Shown: in pieces, positions 9,505 through 18,461 of the stretch | How the letters are laid out: every line of letters starts with the position of its first letter | How positions within the stretch are numbered: the stretch's first letter is position 1 | Source of the DNA: a virus | Lineage: Duplodnaviria > Caudoviricetes | Virus record (IMG/VR): IMGVR_UViG_3300031555_005762 | Location: 9,367-73,366 of that record | Length of the DNA: 64,000 bases | Strand: one strand, 5' to 3' | Position numbers and translations under genes: made by a program | Notes under the pieces: model-generated | The model's database searches: none | What the model was told of the DNA's origin: nothing | What the model saw: only the letters and a program-made list of their open reading frames with translations

Positions 9505-10239
9505 TTACTTCTCCTCCTTCAGGAACCATTCTCTGGTATACGGGAGGGTCAGGATCCAGTCACAGAAGATGTGCCACTCATTCAACTTATGGTTCTTTCT
9601 GGCATGATACATATTCATCAGGTTTTCGTAGTTCCCTGTCCATGTTCGCATCTGATTATAGCTGGTGGGCAGGAGCTCGATCATCTGGAGCCATGCTCCC
9701 TTATCATACTTCGGATATTCGATGCTGGTTCCGTCAGGCTGACCTACATAGCCGCCTTCGTTGAAGATGGTGCGCCAGAAGTTCAGTTCTTCGATGGTGG
9801 ATTCCAGAACTGCCATAGACCGGGGGACAAGTTTTTCACAGGAAAAGTTGTCTTTAGTGAATTCCTTTGCGTGGATCTTATGCATGGTGCTGCAGGAATT
9901 GGCGGTGGTAGCTACCTTGTAGGTGTCGGCTTCCTTCCACCAGTACAGGGGAGCGGTGATATCAACCGATACGAAAATCTGGCGCAGGAATTTGCGGTCG
10001 TCGCTGCCGCCTGCTATCAGGTTTTTTGCCAGTTTCATATCGTTGGGGCCGATGTGAAATACGTGGGCTGCACCGACAGATGGGCAGTTATTCTGAAACC
10101 AACAAAGATTACGGTTGAAAAGGTTTTCCTTACACACACAATATTCGCTGTCAGATTTGTCCCAGCTGTTCATGGGGTTACGCATACCACGGATAGCGTT
10201 ATCGAGGTTCATGACGGATGTGCGTTCGAGTTTGATCAT
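9505..10239 (-). CDS. thyX: Phage ThyX-like flavin-dependent thymidylate synthase
   Basis: AIRGMRNPMNSWDKSDS, DRKFLRQI, APLYWWKE, NSCSTMH, MYHARKNHKL.EW pattern typical of this phage family. Confidence 0.7.
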   Translation of the reverse strand: MIKLERTSVMNLDNAIRGMRNPMNSWDKSDSEYCVCKENLFNRNLCWFQNNCPSVGAAHVFHIGPNDMKLAKNLIAGGSDDRKFLRQIFVSVDITAPLYWWKEADTYKVATTANSCSTMHKIHAKEFTKDNFSCEKLVPRSMAVLESTIEELNFWRTIFNEGGYVGQPDGTSIEYPKYDKGAWLQMIELLPTSYNQMRTWTGNYENLMNMYHARKNHKLNEWHIFCDWILTLPYTREWFLKEEK

Positions 10240-10272
10240 CTTGTCTCCTTTTAGTTTGATATTCTTATTTGG

Positions 10273-10293
10273 TGGTAACTTCTTCTTTGCTGT
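10273..10293 (-). promoter_or_regulatory. Copy of recurrent motif AAAGAAGWWGTTACCA
   Basis: Minus strand ACAGCAAAGAAGAAGTTACCA; 20/21 identical to the plus-strand copy at 39271. Confidence 0.7.
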
Positions 10294-10299
10294 GGATTG

Positions 10300-10758
10300 T
10301 TATGCGCAGACGATGCTGCGGATTTTGTCTGCTATGCGGGTGGCTGTTTCGGTTTCGGGGGTTACTACGAAGACGGTGTCATATCCGGCGATGGTTCCGA
10401 TAATCTCCGGGTCTTTGGCGTCATCCAGTGCTGTTGCCACGGACTGGGCCATGGCGGGGAAAGTATGTACTACGATCAGGTTTCCGGCGGTAGCTACGGT
10501 TTTGATCTGTTCGCTGAGGTTGGCGCTGTTGATATAGGCTTCGGGTTTTGCGTTGCCTTTATCCGGCAGTTTCCAGACAGGCTGACCATGAAATGTGGGG
10601 ATTTTGACTGCCTGCAGGTCGTTCATGTCGCTCATCAGCTGGTACATCTGCATTTCGGCACCGTTGCTGTTCATTTCTTCCAGAATCTCTTCTCTGGTAT
10701 GGAGCTCTCTGGTTTCCAGCAGAATCCGGAGCAGCTTCAGGCGGTTTTGTTTCTGCAC
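10300..10758 (-). CDS. argR: Arginine repressor (ArgR)-family protein, divergent
   Basis: N-terminal wHTH plus C-terminal VVHTFPAMAQSVA..LD..IIGTIAGYDTVFV; GTG start with GGAGG. Confidence 0.9.
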   Translation of the reverse strand: MQKQNRLKLLRILLETRELHTREEILEEMNSNGAEMQMYQLMSDMNDLQAVKIPTFHGQPVWKLPDKGNAKPEAYINSANLSEQIKTVATAGNLIVVHTFPAMAQSVATALDDAKDPEIIGTIAGYDTVFVVTPETETATRIADKIRSIVCA

Positions 10759-10781
10759 GTTACCTCCATTGCGTTATAATA

Positions 10782-10836
10782 TTGTCATACCCCGGAGACT
10801 CGAACTCCGTACGGCGATTGCCGGCACCTGCTGTAT
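10782..10836 (-). ncRNA. tRNA-like (elbow mimic) element
   Basis: Perfect T-arm CGGAG-TTCGAGT-CTCCG, CATAC/GTATG acceptor-like stem, small hairpin CGGC-AATC-GCCG; no D-stem or anticodon arm. Confidence 0.5.
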
Positions 10837-10850
10837 GATATTGCAAATTA

Positions 10851-10869
10851 TGGTAACAACTGCTTTACG
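10851..10869 (-). promoter_or_regulatory. Copy of recurrent motif
   Basis: CCGTAAAGCAGTTGTTACCA, intergenic. Confidence 0.65.
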
Positions 10870-10911
10870 GTATGTACTGCAAGACGACTTTTCGTCGTCT
10901 GTGCGGTTGAG

Positions 10912-11931
10912 TTACTGAGAATCCCGGGGTTGTTTCTTTGCAAAATATTTTTCGAATTCCGGCTTCCGGCAGTATTCCTCGTACATTTCCCATCGGGCGA
11001 GCCATCTGCGGATACCGTGGACATCCCCTTTGTAGAATTTCGTGAAATACTCCTCAGGAGATTCGATCTGTCCCGATTCCAGTTCTGTTCTGACCTGATA
11101 TAGGATCCCGCTGATATTTGCGGTATCGATGCCGTAGGTGACCTGCTTTTCTTCCGGTCTTCCTTCGTTCAAAATTTTGTTGAAGGACATGATCTCCTTG
11201 AAGACGGCTATGGGTTTTATGGGATTTACCTGTTTCCTTGATGGTCTGGGTTCCATTCTTGGACGGAGATTTTCGCAGAGGAGGAATGGACTGTTTGTGA
11301 TCTTATACTTGATGAGGTAGTCCTGATCCTTGACATCCGGGTTCCGGACTGCATCCGAATTCCGGTACTGGAGAAAGATACTCCGGAAGGGTTCAGGGAC
11401 TTCGATCTTTCTGTCCAGTGCGGTGATAGCAGTGGCGCTTTTGTTCAGGGCTGTTTTCGGCAGGTTTACGGCATCCTTTACAGATACGCCCATCCATTCC
11501 AGCATGAGGGCGAGATGCATAACGGATGGAAATTCGCTTTCATACCGGTTCAGCTCGTCTGCCAGATGCTCAGGGCTTACAAAGAAATGACGGAACTTTT
11601 CTCTGTTGGATTCGTTTTGCTGCTGCAGACTCAGAATATCTTTGTCGGCGATTTTGGCGAGGATTTCAAGCTTCTCCTCAATATCCACAGCGCCTTCCAC
11701 GGTTTCTGCGGCTTTCAGATATGCCACCATGCCGTTCCGGATATTTCTGCCGGCGGCGATGGTTGTCCGGGAAAGCATTGTGGTAACAACTTCCTCAAAC
11801 GACGACAGGGGGCAAGATGCGATCTCTTTAGATGCATCTGAAGAATCCTCCAGATACTTATCGTAAAATTTTCTGAAACGGTCTTCGGTATATCCTTCGT
11901 TCATGTTCTGATACACACGTTTGGTATCCAT
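10912..11931 (-). CDS. Tyrosine-recombinase-fold protein lacking catalytic residues; MrpR-like lytic-cycle repressor candidate
   Basis: LMLEWMGVSVKDAVNL resembles box I with Arg replaced by Ser; box II HxxR absent (DTANISG); size and organisation like SPbeta MrpR. Confidence 0.6.
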   Translation of the reverse strand: MDTKRVYQNMNEGYTEDRFRKFYDKYLEDSSDASKEIASCPLSSFEEVVTTMLSRTTIAAGRNIRNGMVAYLKAAETVEGAVDIEEKLEILAKIADKDILSLQQQNESNREKFRHFFVSPEHLADELNRYESEFPSVMHLALMLEWMGVSVKDAVNLPKTALNKSATAITALDRKIEVPEPFRSIFLQYRNSDAVRNPDVKDQDYLIKYKITNSPFLLCENLRPRMEPRPSRKQVNPIKPIAVFKEIMSFNKILNEGRPEEKQVTYGIDTANISGILYQVRTELESGQIESPEEYFTKFYKGDVHGIRRWLARWEMYEEYCRKPEFEKYFAKKQPRDSQ

Positions 11932-11940
11932 ATTATCACC

Positions 11941-12351
11941 TCATGCGAATTGGCTGATGGGAAACTGTACCCGGAAGGCGGCTCCCAGCTTTACCATGAT
12001 CTCCGGCGGGATGGTTGTAAGGCAGTCCGATACGATCCAGTCTTTGCTGACAGGGGTGAGTTGTTCCACCATGGCAACTGACTCCAGGAGAATGCCGTCT
12101 CCCGGAATCAGTACGTGCATGGGGTAATTTTTGGATTTTTTGGTTCTGCTGGTGGTCAGGGGAATCACCTGAATCGTCGGACTGTACTTATTGTTCTGAT
12201 TATTGGACACGACGATTGCCGGGCGGATTCCGGACTGGACGCTGCATCCGACGCCAGACTCCGGAAAAGCGATGCGGTATACGTCGCCCATGCGGATGAT
12301 GCGTTCTGTGCAGATGGTTTCGGTGCCGTAGATTGTGGGGGTATATTCCAT
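11941..12351 (-). CDS. mazF: PemK/MazF-family endoribonuclease
   Basis: GDVY..QSGIRPAIVVSNN..SPTIQVIPLTT..EQL; AAGGAG RBS before ATG at 12351. Confidence 0.9.
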   Translation of the reverse strand: MEYTPTIYGTETICTERIIRMGDVYRIAFPESGVGCSVQSGIRPAIVVSNNQNNKYSPTIQVIPLTTSRTKKSKNYPMHVLIPGDGILLESVAMVEQLTPVSKDWIVSDCLTTIPPEIMVKLGAAFRVQFPISQFA

Positions 12352-12399
12352 AGGGGTTTTAGCTTCTCCTTTTCTGGCATCTCTGCCTTTGATGGTCTC

Positions 12400-12440
12400 A
12401 TTATAACACAGAGACTTCGGGTTTGTCAATGGGTGGTAAC
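12400..12440 (-). promoter_or_regulatory. Sigma-A promoter of the mazF operon with a partial motif copy abutting -35
   Basis: TTGACA-N18-TATAAT with extended TG; TTTGTTACCAC immediately upstream. Confidence 0.8.
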
Positions 12441-12481
12441 AAATTATTTTTGAACGAATTGTAAATGCTTTAAGTAAAATG

Positions 12482-13102
12482 TCAGAACAGAGGGGTTCGT
12501 TTCCGGAGATAGCCGCTGTCCGGCTGGATGTAACTGAACGGGATTACGGTGGTTCTGGTTTCGCCTTTATCGTCGTTCTGAGACATGGACATGATGACTG
12601 TACCGTCCGCAGCCCGATACCATGCAGCATTATAAGATGGTTTTGTAGTTCCGTCAGGCATTTTCATTTTTGGATCATAAGCATCACCGATCAGAGCAAA
12701 GTCCTTATATCCCCCTTCTCTGAGCGAATAATTGATATAGGCTCTGTTGTAGTCAGTGAGCATAGGATGAGGGTGCCAGATGGCGAGATAGCGAATGCAG
12801 TCTTTACGGAGTCTGGCGAGATTTTCTGCATAATCGTAATCGGGGTCGGGCTCAATCACCAGATCGGTCATAGAGTACAGAGACATTTTGTGGAATTTTT
12901 CGGCCATGTTCTCAAAATACTCCTCGTCTATGTACCGGAGATAACTGGCCAGCCAGAAGCACTCTGTTTCTGCGTCTTCCAGCAGATCCACTGTGTCCTC
13001 TTCGTCCATCACGTTCAGAAGCTGTTCCATACGTTCATATGCCACGAGGACTGTTTCGGGTTTTACGCATTCTTCTTCAATTTCTGTCAGCAGCCGGATC
13101 AT
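12482..13102 (-). CDS. Hypothetical protein
   Basis: 206 aa, GGAGG RBS. Confidence 0.7.
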   Translation of the reverse strand: MIRLLTEIEEECVKPETVLVAYERMEQLLNVMDEEDTVDLLEDAETECFWLASYLRYIDEEYFENMAEKFHKMSLYSMTDLVIEPDPDYDYAENLARLRKDCIRYLAIWHPHPMLTDYNRAYINYSLREGGYKDFALIGDAYDPKMKMPDGTTKPSYNAAWYRAADGTVIMSMSQNDDKGETRTTVIPFSYIQPDSGYLRKRTPLF

Positions 13103-13133
13103 TCAAACACCTCCAATATTTTTGTCTTCATAT

Positions 13134-13697
13134 TCAAGCCTGCCATCTCCATATTTCGTCTCTGTGCCGCTTATAGGCACTGGCAAATCCCATGCCGCAC
13201 CGGTCTGTGATGGTCACCGGGATAAATCCCCGGCGCAGGCACTCCACTTCCAGTGTGGTATATCCCATATTCTGCAGTTCCTGCATCAGCCCGTCCCGGT
13301 AGGTTTCGCTGTGCTGAAGCTGTCTTTCTACTTCCTTCGTTTTGATCCGCAGGTCTACTTCGTCGTGCATGAGCCGGTAGCCCTTGGACATGAGCCAGAT
13401 GATTTCGATATACTGTTCCGGCGGGGCGGTTTTGAAATTGCCGGACAGGGCGTACACCAGAAATGTGATTCCGGCGACGCTGATATAGCTGCTCAGGTAA
13501 GCGATCAGGAGGGCGGTGAAAAACGGGGTCCCGCCTTCCAGGGTTCCCCCTACGGCTGCCATACAGATGAAGGTACACGCAAGGGTTATGGGATGGTACA
13601 AGAGTTTGACAGCAACTACACCTGCCACTTCCCTGTTGTCTTTTGCGATCTTTTCGGTGGTCTGGCGGTAGAAATCAGGGTCAATCCGGAAGTTCAT
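13134..13697 (-). CDS. Membrane protein
   Basis: Start at MNFRIDP after AAGGAGG; two hydrophobic helices. Confidence 0.7.
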   Translation of the reverse strand: MNFRIDPDFYRQTTEKIAKDNREVAGVVAVKLLYHPITLACTFICMAAVGGTLEGGTPFFTALLIAYLSSYISVAGITFLVYALSGNFKTAPPEQYIEIIWLMSKGYRLMHDEVDLRIKTKEVERQLQHSETYRDGLMQELQNMGYTTLEVECLRRGFIPVTITDRCGMGFASAYKRHRDEIWRWQA

Positions 13698-14200
13698 CGT
13701 TTGCCTCCTTTCCGCTCTCTGGCAGAACGCATAATGAAATAGGTATCCAGAGTGTCCTGAAGTTCCGGATATCTGCGGTGGCTGAAACGTGTATCTCCGC
13801 CGAGGTCGCAGAGGAAATAGCTTTCTGCAAAATGGGAAAACAGATTTCCGGCTTCGGTTAGGCACTTTGCGGCTTCCGGGTCTGTTGTGGGACTGACATA
13901 AGCAATTCCCTTTCCGAGATACACAGCGCCGCTTGTGACGGTGTGGTGTTCTTTCAGGGGATCAGGGTCAGGCTTGTCCAGCCAGAACCAGAAGCAATAT
14001 GCGGCTCCGGGGCAGACGGCGTTATAGTTTCCGGAGGCGGCGTTCAGCTGGAATTCCGCTCCTTCTTCCGTAAGCCTTGTATAAATCCTTGTATAGGTTT
14101 TTATCTTCTCCGCATCGGGTTTCGCGTTTTTGAGAGCGTCTGTTTCCGAAATCAGCGCAGCCATTTGCTGCAGGGTTTCCAGACTTGTGTTCTCTTGCAT
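13694..14200 (-). CDS. Hypothetical protein
   Basis: 168 aa directly behind the promoter at 14228. Confidence 0.7.
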   Translation of the reverse strand: MQENTSLETLQQMAALISETDALKNAKPDAEKIKTYTRIYTRLTEEGAEFQLNAASGNYNAVCPGAAYCFWFWLDKPDPDPLKEHHTVTSGAVYLGKGIAYVSPTTDPEAAKCLTEAGNLFSHFAESYFLCDLGGDTRFSHRRYPELQDTLDTYFIMRSARERKGGKR

Positions 14201-14227
14201 CGAACGTGTGTTCCTTTCTGTGATGGT

Positions 14228-14256
14228 ATTATAGCATACGAACGGATGTTTGTCAA
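14228..14256 (-). promoter_or_regulatory. Sigma-A promoter
   Basis: TTGACA-N17-TATAAT, extended TG. Confidence 0.85.
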
Positions 14257-14281
14257 TGGGGTATGGGAAAATTTGTTCGGG

Positions 14282-14635
14282 TTATTCTGCGGCTGCTTCC
14301 AGGGCATCTACGGCGTCGGTGCAGTCGGACAGAATGGAACGGAGACCTTCCAATACGGTATCCTCCAAGGTTTCCCGAAGTTCGGAGAGATCTTCGGTAT
14401 CGAGGTATCCTTCTGCGTCCTGCAGGCTGGATACGGCTTCTTCCATGGCTTCACCCTTTTCGCTCATCTGGAAAGATTCCGGCAGGTTATCGTATGCGTC
14501 CTGTTCATCGGATTCGATTTCCTCGATTTCGCCGAGGGTTTCTGTGAGAATATTTTCCGCTTCTTCCAGAAGTTCTATGGCGGACTGGGTCTTCTCGATG
14601 GCGGTCTCAATCTGTTTCCGTCGTTTTCTGTTCAT
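14282..14635 (-). CDS. Acidic coiled-coil protein
   Basis: MNRKRRKQ start, AAGGA RBS, very Glu/Asp-rich. Confidence 0.75.
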   Translation of the reverse strand: MNRKRRKQIETAIEKTQSAIELLEEAENILTETLGEIEEIESDEQDAYDNLPESFQMSEKGEAMEEAVSSLQDAEGYLDTEDLSELRETLEDTVLEGLRSILSDCTDAVDALEAAAE

Positions 14636-14719
14636 AATCTGGTTCCTTTCTGTTACAATGTCTGTATTATACTGGGTTTTCTGGAATCTGTCAACGAGCA
14701 AATATTGGAAGTGCTTACA

Positions 14720-15097
14720 TCATGCGGAAATGGCGTTTTCGGTCATGTAGTCTTCGATCCACGCTTTGGCTTCTTCTCTGGTTCTGGTGACATAATCGGG
14801 GTACAGGCACATATAGGTTTCGAAGATGCATTCGGCGGCGATCCGGAAGGTTTCTTCTCCGTACAGTTTCTCAAGTTCCACCCAGCTGTCATAACCGTAC
14901 ATACCGAGGGTGATGCGGAGTTCTTCCTGGGCTTCCTTGTTGCTGAAGTAGTCCATGATGTCTACGATGCCGGTATAAATGTAGTGTTCTTCCTGAAAGG
15001 ATTCCACCTGGACGAATTCGTATTCGGTATCGGTCAGGCGGCGGCAGTGCTGATTGGTATTGGGGTCGGTGCAGATCCAGTTGGTTGTGGTTGTCAT
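14720..15097 (-). CDS. Hypothetical protein
   Basis: 125 aa, AAGGAG RBS. Confidence 0.75.
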   Translation of the reverse strand: MTTTTNWICTDPNTNQHCRRLTDTEYEFVQVESFQEEHYIYTGIVDIMDYFSNKEAQEELRITLGMYGYDSWVELEKLYGEETFRIAAECIFETYMCLYPDYVTRTREEAKAWIEDYMTENAISA

Positions 15098-15110
15098 GGT
15101 ATGTACTCCT

Positions 15111-15506
15111 TTATTCGATAGGTGTTGTGAGATTTTCTTTCAGCATGATTTCATAGATGGTTTCGAGGGATTCGGGGGAGATTTTCAGATCCCAACTATA
15201 CGAACGGAATGCCAGCAGAAGGTTTTCCCGGATCTTTTTATGATGGAGATATTCCTGCAGGGTATTCCAGTTTTCAAACAGGACATAATTGGAATTTTCG
15301 TCGTCTGTGGGGGTGGGGGCGTATCTGAAGGTTTCCTTATCGAAGCGGAAGGTTCGGGCGGTGCCACAGGTACAGTAGAAATATTTCCGGCCGATTTTGG
15401 AGATGGTCATTTCGATGGGGTCGTTATTGTACCTTGCGGCGTTGCCGCCGGGGATGGCGTATACGAGTTGGCCTTCGGTTATAGAGAATGGGGTGGTGTT
15501 TTGCAT
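15111..15506 (-). CDS. Hypothetical protein
   Basis: 131 aa, AAGGAG RBS. Confidence 0.75.
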   Translation of the reverse strand: MQNTTPFSITEGQLVYAIPGGNAARYNNDPIEMTISKIGRKYFYCTCGTARTFRFDKETFRYAPTPTDDENSNYVLFENWNTLQEYLHHKKIRENLLLAFRSYSWDLKISPESLETIYEIMLKENLTTPIE

Positions 15507-15521
15507 AGGTGGCTCCTTCGA

Positions 15522-16025
15522 TTATTTTATAAACAGAAGTTTTTCTGCAGAGAGTTTGGTTTCGCTGCACAGCTCTTTTTCGGCAGCTCTGTATGTTTCG
15601 CCGAGCTGGCGCAGGTCATTGATTCTGTCGGAGTCATAGGGCAGCACTTTTGTGGGGGCAACTCTGCCGAGTAGTTCATATCCTTCAATGGTTACGGTGC
15701 CGTCGTTATACCAGTTTTTGATTTTGCCAGCGATGTAATACGGCGGGTTGTCATAATTCCAGATGGCCATGAGGGGCTGTTCGGGATGGGATTCTATAGA
15801 ATCACAAGCCGTTTTTGATGCTTCGATGATGATTCTGCCGTTGGACAAGGTGATATAAGTGATATACATATCCAGAACGGCATCGGACGGTTCGCTGTCA
15901 AGAATGGCTGTACTGAATACAGGAGATGCATCATGCCATGATATTCCGGATTCTGTGCAGTCGAAAATGTCGTAGTTGCAGTTGCAGTCAAAGGTGGGGT
16001 TATTGATCAGGTCTCTGACTTTCAT
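15522..16025 (-). CDS. Hypothetical protein
   Basis: 167 aa, AAGGA RBS. Confidence 0.7.
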   Translation of the reverse strand: MKVRDLINNPTFDCNCNYDIFDCTESGISWHDASPVFSTAILDSEPSDAVLDMYITYITLSNGRIIIEASKTACDSIESHPEQPLMAIWNYDNPPYYIAGKIKNWYNDGTVTIEGYELLGRVAPTKVLPYDSDRINDLRQLGETYRAAEKELCSETKLSAEKLLFIK

Positions 16026-16053
16026 ATGTACTGTCCTTTCTGTTTCTTTTGGT

Positions 16054-16281
16054 TTATACCTCTATGTTGTGACACTGAATTTTGACAATATCGCCGGACT
16101 CTGTGGTGGTTGGGAGGAAACCCCATTCGTCGGATTTAACCGGACGGTCGGCCAGTCTCGGCGGGATATGGAACAGGTCTTCGCAGTCAATCCAGCAGGC
16201 GGCAACAATCCATCCGTCCTCGCGGATGATGCAGAGTTCTCTTGTATTGGTTTGGGTTCGCAGGAATTCTCTGAGAGACAT
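16054..16281 (-). CDS. Hypothetical protein
   Basis: MSLREFL start after AAGGAGG. Confidence 0.7.
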   Translation of the reverse strand: MSLREFLRTQTNTRELCIIREDGWIVAACWIDCEDLFHIPPRLADRPVKSDEWGFLPTTTESGDIVKIQCHNIEV

Positions 16282-16309
16282 AGGTTGATTCCTCCTTGAA
16301 ATCGTCGTC

Positions 16310-16531
16310 TTAAAACCAATTCCCTTGACTATCCTGCATAATCTCTTTACCACAATGTTTACAAACGCAATGTGTAGAGCAACCATCCGACCACTGCGGA
16401 GAATTGTCTGGTTGATGCCATCCGAGAACATCGTGATATAATTTCTTAAATAAACCTGTCTTTAAATAAATAGCAGATGCAACTATAAAAATTATTCCAA
16501 CTGCAAGAAATACCTTTAATACATAAATCAT
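16310..16531 (-). CDS. Small membrane-anchored Cys/His protein (AT-rich)
   Basis: N-terminal hydrophobic helix, C..HC.CKHC. Confidence 0.65.
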   Translation of the reverse strand: MIYVLKVFLAVGIIFIVASAIYLKTGLFKKLYHDVLGWHQPDNSPQWSDGCSTHCVCKHCGKEIMQDSQGNWF

Positions 16532-16548
16532 AATTTCACCTCATAAAA

Positions 16549-16734
16549 TCACTTTTTCAGTTTCTTAATGCACTCTATGGAATCGAGTTTATAATTTCCG
16601 CCCTGGCCATATTCAGAATGGCTCTTGCAGTATTCTCTTGCTTTAGCAGCAGCATCCTTCTTGTTTTCTGCTTCAATCTCAAACTGTTTCCAGCCAGAAA
16701 AATAGGCCTCGATTCTCATGAGATATTTATTCAT
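16549..16734 (-). CDS. Hypothetical protein (AT-rich)
   Basis: 61 aa; FEIEAENKKDA DpnD/PcfM-like pattern. Confidence 0.65.
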   Translation of the reverse strand: MNKYLMRIEAYFSGWKQFEIEAENKKDAAAKAREYCKSHSEYGQGGNYKLDSIECIKKLKK

Positions 16735-16867
16735 CTTCGCATGCCTTTCTGTTTTTGATATACTTTATGATTTCAAATATAAACATTACAATCCTAAGCA
16801 CGAGAACTATTGACCACAATACGATTGCTATACAGCACAAAACACTTACAATATCAAATCCAAACAT
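16727..16867 (-). CDS. 46 aa membrane peptide (not in ORF track)
   Basis: MFGFDIVSVLCCIAIVLWSIVLV... read by hand, fills the gap. Confidence 0.5.
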   Translation of the reverse strand: MFGFDIVSVLCCIAIVLWSIVLVLRIVMFIFEIIKYIKNRKACEDE

Positions 16868-16874
16868 AATAAAC

Positions 16875-17186
16875 TTATTCGTATTCGATGTCCCGGCAGA
16901 TATCCAGGATGGTGTCTGTCAGGTTCGGGATGGAATCGATGCCGTATCCGGTACATATTCCCATCATGTCTCCGGCCTGTTCGTCCACGATCTCGCAGCG
17001 GTGGCACCACAGTTCGTCAAAGGTATCATAATACAGACTGATATCCAGTCTGTCATATTTTGATATGGAGCATTCCCACACTCTTGTATCGAATGTGGGC
17101 GGTTTGTCCCCTTCGCCGTTCCAGAAATCGGGGTTCATTTCTTCGAAGAATGTTGCGGCGATTTCGCAGGCTTTTCCTCTTGTCAT
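16875..17186 (-). CDS. Hypothetical protein
   Basis: 103 aa, AAGGAGG RBS. Confidence 0.7.
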   Translation of the reverse strand: MTRGKACEIAATFFEEMNPDFWNGEGDKPPTFDTRVWECSISKYDRLDISLYYDTFDELWCHRCEIVDEQAGDMMGICTGYGIDSIPNLTDTILDICRDIEYE

Positions 17187-17198
17187 ATGTGTCCTCCT

Positions 17199-17855
17199 TT
17201 ACCATAGATCGTGGACATCTTTATTCAGATCCAGTGCGGTCAGCGGATAAATGTCTGTGATGTCTTTCGACATTTCCACGCCACGCTGCAGGGAGAGTTT
17301 GGTGCGGGCTTCCTCTTCGGTTTCGGCAATGACAAAGCCGCCAGAAATACCGTCCTGAATTTCAAAAATCCAGATTTTTGTGATATCCATGCATCCTCTT
17401 TTGGAGTCATCATATAACGCAAGGATGGCGGCTTTGACTCGCTCTCGCTTGACATTGATTCTATGATCCAGAATTCGGGCGTACTCTTCGTCGGTTACAT
17501 CAAATTTGAGGTTGATCACATTCGGTGCTGCCCGGAAAAGAAACTCGGTGCCGTCGTAGTTGCCATAGATATTTTCTTCGACATATTCATCGTTAGATGC
17601 TTCGCTGTTCCGCAGGGAGTTCAGGAAATTATCAATGCATGTATGCCACGTTTCGACCATGGAATCCCGATGGGTGTGAATGTTTTCCCGCAGGAATCTA
17701 CAGACTTCTTCCACATCCTCTATGGCTTTGGCTCTGTCGGTGTATGTTCTCTCGAACTTAAACCAGTCACAGCTTTCCTGCGTCATGCCTCTCGGGACAA
17801 ACTGGAAACCAAAATCGCCGTCGGTCTGAATGTTGATTGTGAATATGTATTTCAT
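17199..17855 (-). CDS. Hypothetical protein
   Basis: MKYIFTI start after AAGGAGG. Confidence 0.7.
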   Translation of the reverse strand: MKYIFTINIQTDGDFGFQFVPRGMTQESCDWFKFERTYTDRAKAIEDVEEVCRFLRENIHTHRDSMVETWHTCIDNFLNSLRNSEASNDEYVEENIYGNYDGTEFLFRAAPNVINLKFDVTDEEYARILDHRINVKRERVKAAILALYDDSKRGCMDITKIWIFEIQDGISGGFVIAETEEEARTKLSLQRGVEMSKDITDIYPLTALDLNKDVHDLW

Positions 17856-17866
17856 ATGCTCCTCCT

Positions 17867-18184
17867 TTACTGCAGGTGGGTTTTGACCCAATCGGGGTCC
17901 AATGTGGGGCGGCCGGTACCGTGGCACTGGAGGACTACCTCGTCCCAGCAGTGCAGTATGCCGCAATAGTTCAGGGGAGCATTCAAGAGAATGGCGGGGA
18001 TTTTTCCATAGAAATCGTCGTTCTGATATTTTTCTTTATCTTCCGGAGTTACCCATCCCCAGACACCCTCACCGTTTTCGGAATGGATATTATTTTCGGC
18101 AGGGATATTGAATTTGATAAGGCCGGCATCGAGCTGGTCTTGGGAGAGCGCATCGATAAATGCGATCTTGTTTTCGATTTTCAT
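17867..18184 (-). CDS. Hypothetical protein
   Basis: 105 aa, AAGGA RBS. Confidence 0.7.
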   Translation of the reverse strand: MKIENKIAFIDALSQDQLDAGLIKFNIPAENNIHSENGEGVWGWVTPEDKEKYQNDDFYGKIPAILLNAPLNYCGILHCWDEVVLQCHGTGRPTLDPDWVKTHLQ

Positions 18185-18199
18185 ATTGTGATTCCTTTC

Positions 18200-18451
18200 T
18201 TAATACAGATCGTACGGATATGGGGCAATCTCTCCGTACATTGCAATGATTTCTTCATCTGTCTTTTTCAGTACGTCGAATATGTATCTGACTTCTTCGC
18301 AGCCATCCTGAAGACATTTTGCGATATGGATCATGCCGTCCTCTGTAAGATTGTCGCAGGACGGCGAGCAAGGCATGGACAAATCCAGCATACATTTTGC
18401 GCATTTCTTCATGCAGCCGCATTCGCCGCCGCAGTATCCTTTAATTGCCAT
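18200..18451 (-). CDS. Cys-rich small protein
   Basis: CGGECGCMKKCAKC..C.PSC; AAGGAG RBS. Confidence 0.7.
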   Translation of the reverse strand: MAIKGYCGGECGCMKKCAKCMLDLSMPCSPSCDNLTEDGMIHIAKCLQDGCEEVRYIFDVLKKTDEEIIAMYGEIAPYPYDLY

Positions 18452-18461
18452 ATTTTTCTCC

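Noticed and set aside
10760-10910. T-box riboswitch or ARG boxes upstream of argR
   Set aside because: No T-box UGGNACC antiterminator or specifier loop, and no TGAAT..ATTCA palindromes found
10782-11931. Active integrase with a tRNA-derived attP
   Set aside because: The catalytic Arg and HxxR are missing, and the tRNA-like element has its own 5' pairing strand with an acceptor unlike typical host tRNAs; not fully excluded without the host genome
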